Positions 1 to 13,937 of a stretch of DNA of 60,000 bases are shown here, in pieces. The notes under the pieces were generated by a model that saw only the letters and a program-made list of their open reading frames with translations, was not told the DNA's origin and ran no database searches. The stretch is from Malacoraja senta. Lineage: Eukaryota. Numbering within the stretch: position 1 is the stretch's first letter; each line of letters opens with the position of its first letter. The stretch lies in contig CM075990.1 in assembly GCA_038087875.1 (NCBI GenBank), positions 13,704,001 through 13,764,000 on the forward strand, given 5' to 3'. Made by a program: the position numbers and the translations under genes.

Positions 1-1039
1 TTATTAATCACCTGATATTGAAAGGGTATATTGAACATAGGTTTTCTGGGAGACAATTACTGGGAAATTATATAAAATCGGCATTGTCTCCCAGAAATAC
101 TATATTTTCCCCTGATTAAGCAGGGAAAGCTGAATACATTATATGATGAAAATGTTGTTTGTATATGTTATCGCATATGTTATCACTGTGATGAAAATTA
201 ATTTGTAGATAGTCACTATGCATGGCCAGATATAATGACAGGACCCCATTATGTTTACCTTGCATGGTGGAAAATAATGGGTAATGTCTGGTTCATGCAG
301 ACCCCCCAACCCCTCCTCACTCCAATGAGCCCTTTCTTGAATCCCTCATCACCTCTCCCAATACGTTCCTCTTCAATCTCCCTATTCTAAACTCTTTGAT
401 AGCTGCCCCTCTCCCTTTTCCAACGGCTTAATTCACACTCTGACTAATAATCCAGGCAGATGTCCCAACCATAGATAATAATGATAAAGGCTAACATGGC
501 TACACTCATTGTCTTCAAATCTCGCACCCTCTCCATTTCAGACACACCCCAAGCAAGTACAAGATTCTATTATCAACATCCTTTTTTAATTTAAGAAAGG
601 CATTTTTCCCACAAAATGTCCCCTTTTCCCTCTGTGGTCAACATTGATGAAGGCAGTCTCCAATAATGATAGTTTGGAGAACAATAGTGAGTGAGTTGGT
701 CTGCATTGAGTCAGATTTAAAAACATTTTCATTGCCTATTCAGTCAGCTAATGAGTGCTATTGTTGCATAATTAATTGTGGAGATGCCCGACTCGAGCCC
801 CACCCATTATCGCTCTTTAATATTGGGAGAGGGATAATGTTTTGAAGCCATCTTATGTTGAGGAACAGGCAGAATGTTATTAGATCTGATCATTGTGCAT
901 ACCAGCCATAATCTAATCTAATTGTGGAACAGCCCAGAGGGGATGCATGGCCTCTTGTGTCTCAGTGTGGTTAAAGTAATATTGCTATGAGGAGTTCAAC
1001 CTGTGCACCTCGGACAACGTAACCGTGGCAGTTACTTGT

Positions 1040-1170
1040 GTAGCAATGAACTGGGGATGCTGGTTTAAACCAAAGACAGGCACAAAAGGCTGGAGTAGCT
1101 TCAGTGGATCAGGCAGCATCTCTGGAGAAAAGGAATAGGTGACGTTTTGGGTCGAGACCTTTCTTCAGAC
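1040..1170 (-). repeat. Penelope-derived hammerhead repeat (further copies near 18907-19050, 27936-28027, 28325-28404, 32435-32510, 33657-33755, 33945-34037, 43215-43297, 44200-44400, 51375-51600, 56008-56115, 59283-59415)
   Basis: Recurrent GCTGGAGTAACTCAG..GGCAGCATCTCTGGAG..GGTGACGTTT.GGGTCGAGACCCTTCTTCAGAC unit in both orientations. Confidence 0.75.
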
Positions 1171-4100
1171 ATCCTGGCACCCACTTGTTATGTCCTGGGC
1201 ACTGCCCTGACCATTGGGTATGCCAGGCACTGTCAGTTTCAGCTTCCTCTCAATTTCAAAGGTCCAGTAATGGTTCAGATATTAGAAATGGTTATACAAT
1301 TATCCAAGTTCCTGCAGGGGAAGTGAGGCAGAGAGAAGTGGGCATCATTTCTGCTTCTTTGTCAGTCTTAATATAAACAAAGCCGAGCAAATAGAGGTAA
1401 TTGCTCTGTTTAAATGAATTACACTCTAATAATTTAATCTCAGTCGTCAGTTGAATCATGAGTATAGAAGTTGACTCGTATGTGACTGGCATTGAAACCT
1501 GATTTAGAGTCTGTGCTCCTACTGCACCTACTCAATGAGGACAGATGTATTCTCTGGCACTCCCCACCACCTTTACCATCAGGTGTAGCAAGAATGCATG
1601 GGTGCATGGTCATCATTTGTTTATGCGATGTGATAATCACTGGCAAAGCATGCATTTATTGCAGATTATCAGCTGCATTTGGAAAGGCTGTGTGAACTGG
1701 TTTCCTGAACTGCTGCAGCCTGCATGGTCATCAGGAGCAGAATTAGGCCATTCGGCCCATTGAGTCTACACCATTCAATCTTGGCTGATCAATCGCTCCC
1801 TCCTAACCCCATTCTCCTGCCTTCTCCCCATTAACCCCTGACACCCGTACTAATCAATATACTCAATCAATATGGTGAATATACTCCCAATCGCTGTTGA
1901 ATGATGAGGTTAAGGAACAAGATTCAACACCGTGAAGTAATAACAAAACATTGTTTTGTTCGGCAAGTGTCAAACTTTGAGCGGAACCAGCAAGTGATGG
2001 GCTCCCCACAATCTCTCTGCGTTATTTGTTCTTTGCACCAAAAGACCGGTCTAGAGCAGGATTTTGTAATAGAGAAGAGATTGCAGATGTTGGAATCTTG
2101 AGTAAAAACCAAACTGCTGGTGGAACTCCATGGGTCAGGCAGCACCTTCCTTATTAGATGCCACCATCTGTATCCTTTTGTCTTCTCCACGTATCACCTC
2201 CTGCCTTGGTTACTATCTCCACCCTTCTCTCCGACACTCGAGTCTTCTACCAACCAACTCTTCCTCAGCTGACCACCTATCACTTGTAAACACTAGTACC
2301 ACCCCTTCCCATGCACTCTCTCTGCCAGCTATCTCCCCTCCACTCCATCTGTCCGATGAAGAATCCCGATGTCATCTGTCCATTTCCCTCCACAGATCCT
2401 GTGTTCAACACATTGTTGTTTTTAAACTTATAGTGATGGCATAATTTTACATGGTGTTGTGAAAGGTTATGTTTATTGGCTTTGCTGATCGTTGGAATAT
2501 GGTGGAGAATGAACATATGAGTGTCAGTCGAGGTAGGAGAGAATGACAGGAGCGTTGTGATGAAGGGGCAGTGCTGGCCTGTAAACCCGATACCTCTCTA
2601 CTCCTTTCTCAAGCAGCTGTTCAAACAACCTGGATGTATGAGTGCTTATGACTCGAGACCTCAGTTGGGTTATTGCTAAAGTGTGATCAGAACTGTTCAA
2701 GTGGACAGAAAATTGGCAAGGGAGTGTTCCTCGAGAGAAATGTGAGCTAATGCATTGGGGAGGACAAACAAGGTGAGAGAATACGTGATGAATAGAAGAG
2801 CAGAGGAAGATGCAGAACTTTGCGGTGTCCAAAACCAGCAGGTACACGTTCCGTGTGGGAGTTTAGAGGAAATCTCTGGAGGAATCTTTTTACTCGGGAG
2901 TCTGTCAGTGGGATGATTGAAGGTAGGTATTCCTTCAACATTCAAGAAATACTTGGACTAGCAATTGAACTGCCAAGGCATAGCAGCCTCTAGACTAACA
3001 GTTGGTGAATGGAATTAGTATAGATAAGTTATGAAGATCAACGTGGGCCAAAGGACATATTTTGGTGCTGCATGACTCCATGCATGTACACAGGGTATTA
3101 AAGACATTGAACAGTCAGATAAGGTGCTTATGTAACCATATGGAACTGCAAGATGAAGAATATAGGAACATGGTTAGGCTGTTTAACGGACTGGTGACCC
3201 AAGTTTAACCCTGATTTTTGGTGTAACAGCGCAAATACTTTCTGTTTTAATTGTAATCATGGAAAAGAGCTGGATCTTATAATTCATCGGCAACAGTCCG
3301 AGATGAGTTGTTTCAGCTAATTCATGAACAGTTTATCAAATGGATTCTGCTGCTCCCCAATCTTATGGAATGTATAATTAGTGCAGGTGTCTGTCAGATT
3401 TATAGGATTTAAAAAAAATATTTATTGATTTTCATTTTTTAGAAGCGCTTAGGGTATTTAATGATCTAATTGCAATTCATTGAAATTGAAAATTTTGTTG
3501 AATTTATCTGCATTTTATCCCACCTGAGACAGAAATAATAGAATTATCTAAGGCATATTCTGGCCTTGGTTGACAAATCTGATATCGCTGAGGAATTTTC
3601 AGAAAGTTATATCCAGACCAGCGGGATGACACAATAATTTTTCTCCACGTGACAGGGTGTTGAATGGCAAGGATATGCGAGCGGCATAACATGGTGTACA
3701 TATCATTATGTCATATTTCTCAGATCATCTCTCAATATATAAAGAATTACTTCAAAGTACAGTAGCTATTGTGCAAATCAAGAACATTTTCTCACACAAA
3801 TAAGAATGAAATTGGTGAAAAGATGTGATTGGAAAAGGAAGAGCTTTGAGTTGGATGTCAAAGCAACCCTCCTGTTTGGTTCCAGGAGAAGCACAAAAAA
3901 ATGATGTGCAAAATACATTAATTCATTTGAAAAATGAATGCCAGAATGGGGGAACCTATGCTGCAGATTTCTGATTATGTTCTTCATGGACTGCAAATGG
4001 TCGATGAGATGCATGTTCACAGTTACTCTAAAAGTAGGATTTAAGGTAGGAAAGAAATTAAGTGTTTATGTCATACAACATACCATCAGATCATCAGTAT

Positions 4101-4189
4101 ATCCCATTAAAAGTAAAATCCAATTAATATTTAGTCACAAAATACACGTTTAGCAAACGTTTTAAGAGTCTTGGTGAGTTTGTTATTTT

Positions 4190-4480
4190 TTAGTTTAGTT
4201 AAGAGATACAGCGTGGAAACAGGCCTTTCAGCCCACTGAGTCCGCACCGACCAGCGATCCCCACACACTAACACTATCCTACACACACTAGGGACAATTT
4301 GCATTTATATCAAGCCAATTAACCTACAAAGCTGTACATCTTTGGAGTTTGGGAGGAAATCAAAGATCTCGGAGAAAACCCATGCAGGTCATGGGGAGAA
4401 CGTCCAAACTCCGTACCGACAAGCACCCGTAGTCAGGATTGAACCCAAGTCTTAGGCACTGTAAGGCAATAGCTCTACTG
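4190..4480 (-). mobile_element. HE1-like V-SINE
   Basis: Reverse complement of the 36895-37203 unit. Confidence 0.85.
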
Positions 4481-5224
4481 TATTGAAAACACAGCACTGT
4501 ATTGGAAACACTTTTATTTCTGTTTATTATCACTGCTGTCAAGGGGATCATTTGGTTTAAGGAATTGGAAGCATACACCTCACTGAGATAGATGACTGAA
4601 AGGTCCAATCCCATTCCAAGTTGTGTGCCTGAAGTTTGGTCAATATGGCACTACACTACTGATGCCATGCTCCATCTCTCCAGGTGCTGTTCTTGAAACA
4701 CTGGTCCTTTCTCTTATTTTACTTTGTCAGGAAACAGTTTGTGCCATTACTCAGAGAACAGAATACTCCCTACAATCAATGCCACCACTAACAAATAGAC
4801 TGGTGGTTTATTTCCTTGACGTTTCCAAGAGCTTGCTTTAAAAAAAAATGTTACAAAGCTTTCGAGTGGTCACTGGAGTTCAAAAGAACTGATTGAGTGG
4901 ATAGAGACAATGACAAGATGTAATTTTTTAAGTGAAAATCTATGTTGTCCATTTTATAAAATGTGCCCAGTAATATCAATTGTGGTTTATTGAAAATCTC
5001 CGATTTTGATTTAAGCAACACGCTTTTACAATCTATTAATCAAACCAGCAACTCGAGTGGAAGCAGGAGAAGGCCATTTTGCCCCTCAGGCCTGCTGCAC
5101 CGTTCAGCGAGATCCTGGGCAATCTTCTACACTGTGTGTGTCCCAGCATTGTTTCCTTCTAAACCTGGATCCCCAAATATATATCCACCTGTCTTCTTCC
5201 TCCTATTCTTTCAAATGTAAAATA

Positions 5225-5545
5225 CAAATAATGGGACATGTTAAAGCTATTAGAGCTAGATATAAGCTATAAATCTCTTGCCCAGAGTAGGGGAATTGAG
5301 GACCAAAATTTAATAGGAATCTGAGGGGTGACTTTTTCGCACAAAGGATGGTGGGTGTATGGAACAAGCTGCCAGAGGAGGTAGTTGAGGCTGGGACTAT
5401 CCCAACATTTAAGAAACAGTTAGAAAGTTCCATGGATAGGAAAAGTTTGGAGTGATATGGCACAAGGCAGGTGGGACTAATGTAGCCGGGACATGTTGGT
5501 TGGTGTGGGCAAGTTGGGCCAAAGGGCCTTTTTCCACACTCTGAC
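5225..5545 (+). mobile_element. CR1 LINE 3' fragment (older CR1 pieces also at about 1727-1856 -, 2698-3082 +, 8168-8412 -, 10850-11300 +, 22288-22568 +, 39215-39458 -, 53793-54050 -, 58770-58932 +)
   Basis: TGGAACAAGCTGCCAGAGGAGGTAGTTGAGGC...GGGCCAAAGGGCC CR1 3' signature. Confidence 0.8.
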
Positions 5546-5948
5546 CTTCTGACACTGTTTAGGTTTAGTAAACTATTAATAACACTTGGGTGAGTTTAAT
5601 GGATCCCTTCAATCTTTCCCGGATATGTAAATTCAGGGCTGGAGCTTACAATGTCTACAAAATACTTATTGACTGAGATTTTGGTGTTGAGAATACCAAA
5701 CATTCAACCATCTAAGTGAGGTGGATTTTTTTCCCACCCCAGTCTAAATAGGCCAGTTGCTAATCACAGTGTCGAGGTTTCTCAATCCAGGTTCACCAGC
5801 CATTTAGCCATGATATCAGCCTGGTGGAAAAAATAACCACAGAACCCCCCCCACTGTCAGCTTAACCAGCTCATGGAGCAAACCAGTCATGATGACAATT
5901 AAAATGTATTAATCAATGACTATCACTATCACATCATGTTTGCAAAAG

Positions 5949-6165
5949 AAGATAGACACAAAGAGCTGGAGTAACACAGTGGGTGAGGCAGCATCTCTGG
6001 AGAAAAGGAATAGGTGATGTTTCGGGTCGAGACCCTTCTTCAGACTGAAGTCCTGAAATGCCACCTATTCCTTTCCTCCAGAGATGTTGTCTGACCCGCT
6101 GAGTTACTCCAACTTTTTGTGTCTATCTTTGGTTTAACCCAGCATCTGCAGTTCTTTCCTACACA
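5949..6165. mobile_element. Head-to-head inverted pair of Penelope-derived hammerhead repeats
   Basis: 5949-6046 is a minus copy (core CUGAAGA A GGGUC UC GACCC GAAAC AUC); 6050-6165 is a plus copy; flanked by TTTG(C/T)AAAAGA on both sides. Confidence 0.75.
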
Positions 6166-6525
6166 TTTGTAAAAGATATGGGATACCACTAATGTAACTA
6201 TGCAACTGGTCCTATAGGTCGATTGGCATGAGTGCATTAACAAAGCATGATGGCCTGGCTTCTTATACTTAGTGCATGTGAAATTCCACACACATTTGTA
6301 AAATGAAATAACATCATATTACTATTCTTGAATACTAATTATAATGGGATAATCTTTGAGTTGATCTCTATTATGTTGGGAATGTGCATACAATATTTCA
6401 CAGTACTTTAAATGCCAACGTGTTACTATCATTGTATATTGCAAAAAATGAATTTCCTCCTTTGATTGATGGATGGCTATGACAAGTTCAAGCAATTTTA
6501 CAATGGTAGAGAACATGGAGTCCCA

Positions 6526-6648
6526 GAAGGGTCTCGACCCAAAACGTCACCCATTCCTTCTCTCCAGAGATGCTGCCTGTCCTGCTGAGTTACTCCAGCA
6601 TTTTGTGACTATCTTTGATTTACAGCAGCATATGCGGTTCTTTCCTAC
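6526..6648 (+). mobile_element. Penelope-derived mini-insertion
   Basis: Same GGGTCTCGACCC-AAAACGTC-ACCCATTCC...GAGTTACTCCAGC unit; 13-bp TSD ACATGGAGTCCCA at 6513-25 and 6649-61. Confidence 0.78.
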
Positions 6649-7511
6649 ACATGGAGTCCCACTAATGTTGACACACTTTTAAAGGAAAGTAATGTAGAAA
6701 ATTATGAGCGTACCCACTTTTGGTTTAAAAAGTAGAAAGCAGAGTATTTTTAAATGGAAGAAATTGGTTTTCGGAAGGACCAGGATATCTTTGTAAATTA
6801 ACTATTGAATTATTGAGTATTTGTGCAGGTGCAGCAAGCAAACGGGAATGCAATTGGTTTCAGGTTAATATCACTCTCCTCCACCCATCATGCACACCTT
6901 TCCTCTTGTTCCGTCACCCAGTTCCTTTCCCCTTCTCTATCTCCCCCATCTGGTCATCGCATACATTTCCCGACTATGAGTTCCTCATTTTCCTCCACCA
7001 CATTCTCCCCCCACCCCCCCCCCCCCCATTTCCTCCCCCCACCATCCCTCCCATAACTTCAATATTTCACTCACCATCTTCATTCTTTATAATTCCAAAA
7101 TTTGACCTCTTTTGTCTTCTCTACTTATTATTTCCAGCCTAGGTTATGATCTCCACCCATCCCTCCCTCACCTGAACCATTTAGCAATCAACCCCTCCTC
7201 GCCTCAACCTCATCTATTGCCAGCTTTTGAACCACCTTTTACCCTCGCCTCTCTCTACCAGCTATCTCTCATCTACTCCATCAATCTAAAGCAAAGTCCT
7301 GACCAGAAATGTCTTCTGGCCATTTCCCTCCTCACATGCTACCTGACCCGATGAGTATTTCTGGCAGTTTTTTTTTTACTTAAAGCAAAAGGTTTGTTAT
7401 TATTGCAAGGGGATTCAATGCAAGAGTAAATATGTCTTACTGCAAATACATAGAATCTTTGCAAGATTGCATTAGAAACATTTTTTACATGTTTGTAAAA
7501 CATGTAAAAAA

Positions 7512-7863
7512 TGGCGACAGATGGCGCAATGGGCTAAGTGTTCGGCTGGCAACCGGAAGGTAGCTGGTTCGAATCCCGCTTGGAGTGCATACTGTCGTTG
7601 TGTCCTTGGGCAAGACACTTCACCCACCTTTGTCTGCGTGTGAATGTGTGTGAATGTGTGTGAATGTGTGTGAGTGATTGGTGGTGGTCGGAGGGGCCGT
7701 AGGCGCAGATTAGCAGCCACGCTTCCATCAGTCTGCCCCAGGGCTGCTGTGGCTACAGAAGTAGCTCACCACCACTGAGTGTGACTGAGGAGTGAATGAA
7801 TAATGCGATGTAAAGCACCTTGAGTATTAGAAAGGCGCTATATAAATCCCATCAATTATTATT
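7512..7863 (+). mobile_element. tRNA-derived SINE with AFC/CORE-like body and L2-type tail
   Basis: A box TGGCGCAATGG, B box GGTTCGAATCCC, TGTGTCCTTGGGCAAGACACTT core, (TGTGTGAA)n, tail TGTAAAGCACCTTGAG..AAAGGCGCTATATAAAT..(ATT)n; TSD ATGTTTG 7489-95 / 7864-70. Confidence 0.8.
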
Positions 7864-8448
7864 ATGTTTGGTTTCCCATAACAAAGGATATACTTATGAC
7901 AGGAGGAATGTAACAAGGATTCACTATAGGATGGAGGGTTGTCTTATGAAGGATGATTACACTGACTGGGTGCATATTATTGATAGTTGAGAAGAATGAG
8001 ACACCATCTCAATGAAACAGACAAATTCCCAGAGGGGTTGGTAGAGTAGATGCAAGGATAATGCTTCTTCTGGATGGAGTATCTGGAACCAGGGTTACAA
8101 AAAATAAAATGTTGGTCTTAATGTCTCCATCAAACATCTGTGCTCACGATGACTATGGAGGCTCAATGGACAATAGGTGCAGGAGTAGGCCATTCGGCCC
8201 TTCGAGCCAGCACCGCCATTCAATGTGATCATGGCTGATCATCCCCAATCAGTACCCCGTTCCTGCCTTCTCCCCATATCCCCTGACTCCGCTATCTTTA
8301 AGAGCCCTATCTAGCTCTCTCTTGAAAGCATCCAGAGAACCTGCCTCCACCGCCCTCTGAGGCAGAGAATTCCACAGACTCACAACTCTCTGTGAGAAAA
8401 AGTGTTTCCTCGCTCACTGCTGATTACATCCCACACAGAGCTCACTAG

Positions 8449-8580
8449 TTTGAAGAAGGGTCTCGACTGGAAACGTCACCCATTCCTTCTCTCCAGAGAT
8501 GCTACCTGTCCCGCTGAGTTACTCCAGCTTTTAGTGCCTATCTTCGATTTAAACCAGCATCTGCAGTTCCTTTTTACACA
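8449..8580 (+). mobile_element. Penelope-derived mini-insertion
   Basis: Same unit; TSD TCACTAG at 8442-48 and 8581-87. Confidence 0.72.
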
Positions 8581-8760
8581 TCACTAGATTCTTGTCTGTC
8601 ATTGAATCATGTGATTGGCACAGGAAATCGGTGACACAAGCCATGATCTTATTGAGTGGAAGAGCACAAGGTACTCATGCCTCTAGATGGGGGAGATAGA
8701 GTCAGATGGACTACTCATGCCTCTATTTCTTACTTTAATTGCTTCAGTGGGTAAATGTAA

Positions 8761-8949
8761 AGGGCCTGTCCCACTTGGGCGTCATTTGCGCCTCACGCAG
8801 ACGGCGCTCGAAGATTTTGTACATCTCAAAATCCTGGGGCACCGCTCGTCACTGCCTACGTCACCACGCACCATGCGCGCGGCACGTCGTGACGCGTAAA
8901 TGATGTAGTGTAAATTACGCGCAAATGACGCCCAAGTGGGACAGGCCCT
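8761..8949. mobile_element. MITE (PIF/Harbinger-like)
   Basis: 31-bp TIR AGGGCCTGTCCCACTTGGGCGTCATTTGCGC; TAA on both sides. Confidence 0.85.
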
Positions 8950-11390
8950 TAAGAAAGTATGTTCATGGAGCACTGAGGTCTTAAAATCACATATGTGTTG
9001 AACCTGAGGGGTGCAGAATATTTAGGACTAGAATTAAGAATAACAGGAATCGATTTGAAGCCTGTAATCTGATTGAAGGGATTTAGTTAAACTGCATCAG
9101 TGAAATTAGCAATGCCTAAAAACATCATTAGCATCCCCATATGAGATTATTGCCTTTCAAAGTGGGTGATACTAATTTAGTTTGTGTTGCCTCACATTGA
9201 CTGCAGAGAAGAGTTAATAACTAATTCATGGTGATAATTACATTGAGTGACAATTGATTATAAAACCATGGAAAATGTATAAGGAAAGCAGAGTTTAAAT
9301 ACTGGGAATTTCTATCTGGGGAAGTACTGCCCTCATTTTGTCAGTGAAGCTTTATGAAGTAAGAATATTGTTTTACTGTTAACCCAAATCTAACAGTTGT
9401 CCGCCACATCTCATTCTTCTGAATTCTGAAGAATTAAGAGCCAGTCATCTTAATCTTGATTGATCTCAGCCTGACTGTGGATGGCATTGCTAAAGAACGA
9501 TACAGCTCAAAATGGCCAAACAAAATTGTCTTTATGCTTCAGCGTTATAGGTTTCAGTTTAGTTTATTGTCACGTGTACCGAGGTACAGTGAAAAGTTTT
9601 TGTTGCGTGCTATCAATATATCAACTATGTTGTTCGTCATCCACTTGGTGTGAAGCACTCCCTATGGGAAGTCCATTGAACTATGGGGAACAGTTGTCTT
9701 CCCAGGGCCTGAACAATGGTCAATTGTTCATCGTTATCCAAGCCTTCATGATCCATATCTCCACCCTTCAACATTGTTGCCTCATTCATGATGACGTTTG
9801 AAAAACTGATTCATAAATAGTTCCAAATAATATCATGTGACAGAGACCTGCATATAATGCAAGTCTGATCTACATATTGTGTGGGTCTAAGGTTGTGACC
9901 TTTGTCATAGATCTAGCTTTACAATTAAGAATGGCTTGCTATAGAAATGTGCAATTTGTACACTGTTCAGATGCATGTAATCAACTTGTATTTGTATTTT
10001 GTCAGCTACATCTTTATAAAACATCCCAAAACAACTTTCCATGAGCTCATGATTGATTATTCTTGTAATTCGGGAGGATTATTAGTAAAATTGGTTGAAA
10101 CATAAACATTGACATAGTTGCCCAGCGTTTAGATAATGCCAAAAGGGATATTGCCTCCATCTATGAGGATGGATAGGATTTAGGTAAATAGTGACACCTA
10201 CAGCAATGTAGCACTCCGTCAGTACTGCCTTGCTGACATACTTCATGTCTCAGGAATGGGGTTTCAATCCACAACCTTGAATCGTTGGAGAAGACCAAAG
10301 CTGCTCCATATGAGACAATGATTGTAGGTAGATCTCCATCCTTCAGACTTGATATGAATTTTGTAATGGCTCGTGTTAGCATCGTGTTCTTCAGAGGTCT
10401 CCACTGGCCAGTTTCACTGGAGCAAAAAACCACTCACGGCAACACATAATCAAATTATATTTTGACCTTGTCATTTGATCTTTCAACCTATTGGTTATTT
10501 CCAACGCCTGGACATTTTGAAGTTATTTATAAGCAGTGGTTGAGAGTTTTATTTAAAGATGAAAGTTTCCTTTTAGATTGTGTAGCTTGAGATATTCTGA
10601 GTATGCAGAATTATGAGCTTCAATTTATTTTTAAACCATGTTATGCCAGTTTATTTTTGATTCTTTGATTTTAGACTCTATTTTAAACTCTCTTTTACCT
10701 CAACTCTTCTCAAGGGTCAATAGCTTTATCAGCATGGGGAGATCATATATTTAAGACTTCTTCAACTATTGCATCTCAGTTGTTACACGTTTCCCTGGTC
10801 ACGTAATTCAGTTCCTACACCCTGTGATCAGGCACATTCCACAAGGGTGAAGTCCACCACTTGAGTATTTGGTGTAGTTCTGGTCAACACATTGCAGATA
10901 AAATGCGTAACTCTGGAGGGAATGCAGGGGAGATTTATGAGGATGTTGTCAGGGGTGGAATCTTGAAGCTATAAGGAACGATCACCTTGAATGAGATTGT
11001 TTCCTTTGGAGTTGAGGAGTTTGAGGGGAGAGTAATTGAGAAGTATGTGACATTATATGGGGCCTAGCTCAAAAGGACCCACGTACTGCAGCACAGGGGT
11101 CAAAAACATGGAGCCAAAAATATTAAGCAATTTGTTTGTTCCGTGTAGAGATGTGGATTTCTTTTTCACTGAGAGGGTGGTAAGGATCCAAAATTCACTG
11201 CCTGAAAGGGTGTTGGAGGGAGACACGGACATCACATTTAGAATCTACCTGATTGTGTACTAGAAGAGCTGGGACAATGGGACCTGGTGCTATAGAGTAG
11301 ATGTAGGCTGGGGCAGTCTGAACAAGGGTCTCGACCCAAAACGTCAGCCATTCCTTCTATCCAAAGGTGCTGCCTGTCCAGCTGAGTTAC

Positions 11391-13117
11391 ATAGATACAT
11401 AGAAAATAGGTACAGGAGTAGGCCATTCGGCCCTTCGAGCCTGCACCGCCATTCAATATGATCATGGCTGATCATCCAACTCGGTATACTGTACCTACCT
11501 TCTCTCCATACCCCCTGATCCCTTTAGCCACAAGGGCCACATCTAACTCCCTCTTAAATATAGCCAATGAACTGGCCTCAACTACCCTCTGTGGCAGAGA
11601 GTTCCAGAGATTCACCACTCTCTGTGTGAAAAAGTTTTTTCTCATCTCGGTCTTAAAGGATTTTCCCCTTATCCTTAAGCTGTGACCCCTTGTCCTGGAC
11701 TTCCCCAACATCGGGAACAATCTTCCTGCATCTAGCCTGTCCAACCCCATAAGAATTTTGTACGTTTCTATAAGATCCCCTCTCAATCTCCTAAATTCTA
11801 GCGAGTATAAGCCAAGTCTATCCAGTCTTTCTTCATATGAAAGTCCTGACATCCCAGGAATCAGTCTGGTGAACCTTCTCTGCACTCCCTCTATGGCTAT
11901 AATGTCCTTCCTCAGATTTGGAGACCAAAACTGTACGCAATACTCCAGGTGTGGTCTCACCAAGACCCTGTACAACTGCAGTAGAACCTCCCTGCTCCTA
12001 TACTCAAATCCTTTTGCTATGAAAGCTAACATACCATTCGCTTTCTTCACTGCCTGCTGCACCTGCATGCCTACTTTCAATGACTGGTGTACCATGACAC
12101 CCAGGTCTCGCTGCATCTCCCCTTTTCCTAATCGGCCACCATTTAGATAATAGTCTGCTTTCCTGTTTTTGCCACCAAAGTGGATAACCTCACATTTATC
12201 CACATTATACTGCATCTGCCAAACATTTGCCCACTCACCCAGCCTATCCAAGTCACCTTGCAGTCTCCTAGTATCCTCCTCACAGCTAACACTGCCCCCC
12301 AGCTTAGTGTCATCCGCAAACTTGGAGATGTTGCCTTCAATTCCCTCATCCAGATCATTAATATAAATTGTAAATAGCTGGGGTCCCAGCACTGAGCCTT
12401 GCGGTACCCCACTAGTCACTGCCTGCCATTGTGAAAAGGACCCGTTTACTCCTACTCTTTGCTTCCTGTTTGCCAGCCAGTTCTTTATCCACATCAATAC
12501 TGAACCCCCAATACCGTGTGCTTTAAGTTTGTATACTAATCTCTTATGTGGGACCTTGTCGAAAGCCTTCTGAAAGTCCAGATACAACACATCCACTGGT
12601 TCTCCCCTATCCACTCTACTAGTTACATCCTCGAAAAATTCTATAAGATTCGTCAGACATGATTTACCTTTCGTAAATCCATGCTGACTTTGTCCAATGA
12701 TTTCACCACTTTCCAAATGTGCTGCTATCCCATCTTTAATAACTGACTCTAGCAGTTTCCCCACTACCGATGTTAGACTAACTGGTCTGTAATTCCCCGT
12801 TTTCTCTTTCCCTCCCTTCTTAAAAAGTAGGGTTACGTTTGCTACCCTCCAATCCTCAGGAACTACTCCAGAATCTAAAGAGTTTTGAAAAATTATCACT
12901 AGTGCATCCACTATTTCTGGAGCTACTTCCTTAAGTACTCTGGGATGCAGCCTATCAGGCCCTGGTGATTTATCGGCCTTTAATCCATTCAATTTACCCA
13001 ACACCACTTCCCGACTAACCTGGATTTCACTCAGTTCCTCCATCTCCTTTCACCCGCGGTCCCCTGCTATTTCCGGCAGATTATTTATGTCTTCCTTAGT
13101 GAAGACGGAACCAAAGT
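11391..13117 (-). mobile_element. CR1 (HER1-type) LINE, 5'-truncated, young
   Basis: 523-aa open RT ORF (KSPGPD, NYRPVSLTS, LDFQKAFDKV, GVPQGSVLGP, KFADDTKL, RPHLEYCVQFW); (TATG/TATCTATG) tail; splits a Penelope-derived repeat with AGTTAC duplicated at 11385-90 and 13118-23. Confidence 0.95.
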
Positions 13118-13937
13118 AGTTACGCCAGCATTTTGTGTCTATCTTCAGCTCTTTTGTAACCTGCAAAGACCCAATGGGCTGAAAGGTCTTCTTTGATGCT
13201 GACAGTGTTTTATAATTTTATTTTCAATGGTACCTCCTATTAGATTTCTGTGCACTTTATCAGGCGCTGAAAGGACAAATATCATATTGATATCGACTGT
13301 TGGCCAACAAAATGTACGACTGCGTTAACGCACATTATTGACCCCCAGCACCATTAGTGCTTGATGTCATTGGGAATCCATACAACATTAGTTAGAAATA
13401 ACTTACATTTTTGCAGGCGGTTTCACATTCCCAGCATGTGTGAGAGCAGATTTTGACCAATGAGTTACCTTGCAACTATTGACAAAGAGAAAAAAATACA
13501 CATATCATTCAGGTTTTTTAATAAAATACCTGCCAGGTGCAGTCACTAGAGTAATATAGGTACAGAAAGATTCAAAAGAATTTCACTGTATCTTGGTACA
13601 TATTAGAATAAAGTACCGTTGATTAATTTAACAGATCAAATCAGGAAAATGATTAGTCTGTTTCAATTATGTCGTCAGAGGGATGGACTAAACTTCATGG
13701 GCCGAATGGCCTAATTCTGCTCCTAGAACTTATGGACATTCACCGGGACCCCAATGGTCTCTGTTCTCCTTCAGAATAGTGTGTTGTTCACTTGAGTTTT
13801 ATATAGTTTTATGTTCATCTGAGAAGGAAGAAGGGACCTTGGTTAACCTTGGTTTAACATTTCTTCTGATAGGTGCTTCTGCTGTCCAACTTGGAGCCAG
13901 TCTAGGTTTGGTGCCCATGTCCTAGAGGTCATGTTAT

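Noticed and set aside
300..660. Pyrimidine-rich block possibly from an old LINE
   Set aside because: No motif could be recovered with confidence.
7512..7585. tRNA-like A and B boxes (also 36895-36965)
   Set aside because: SINE heads: no complete cloverleaf, and they continue into SINE body and LINE-derived tail.
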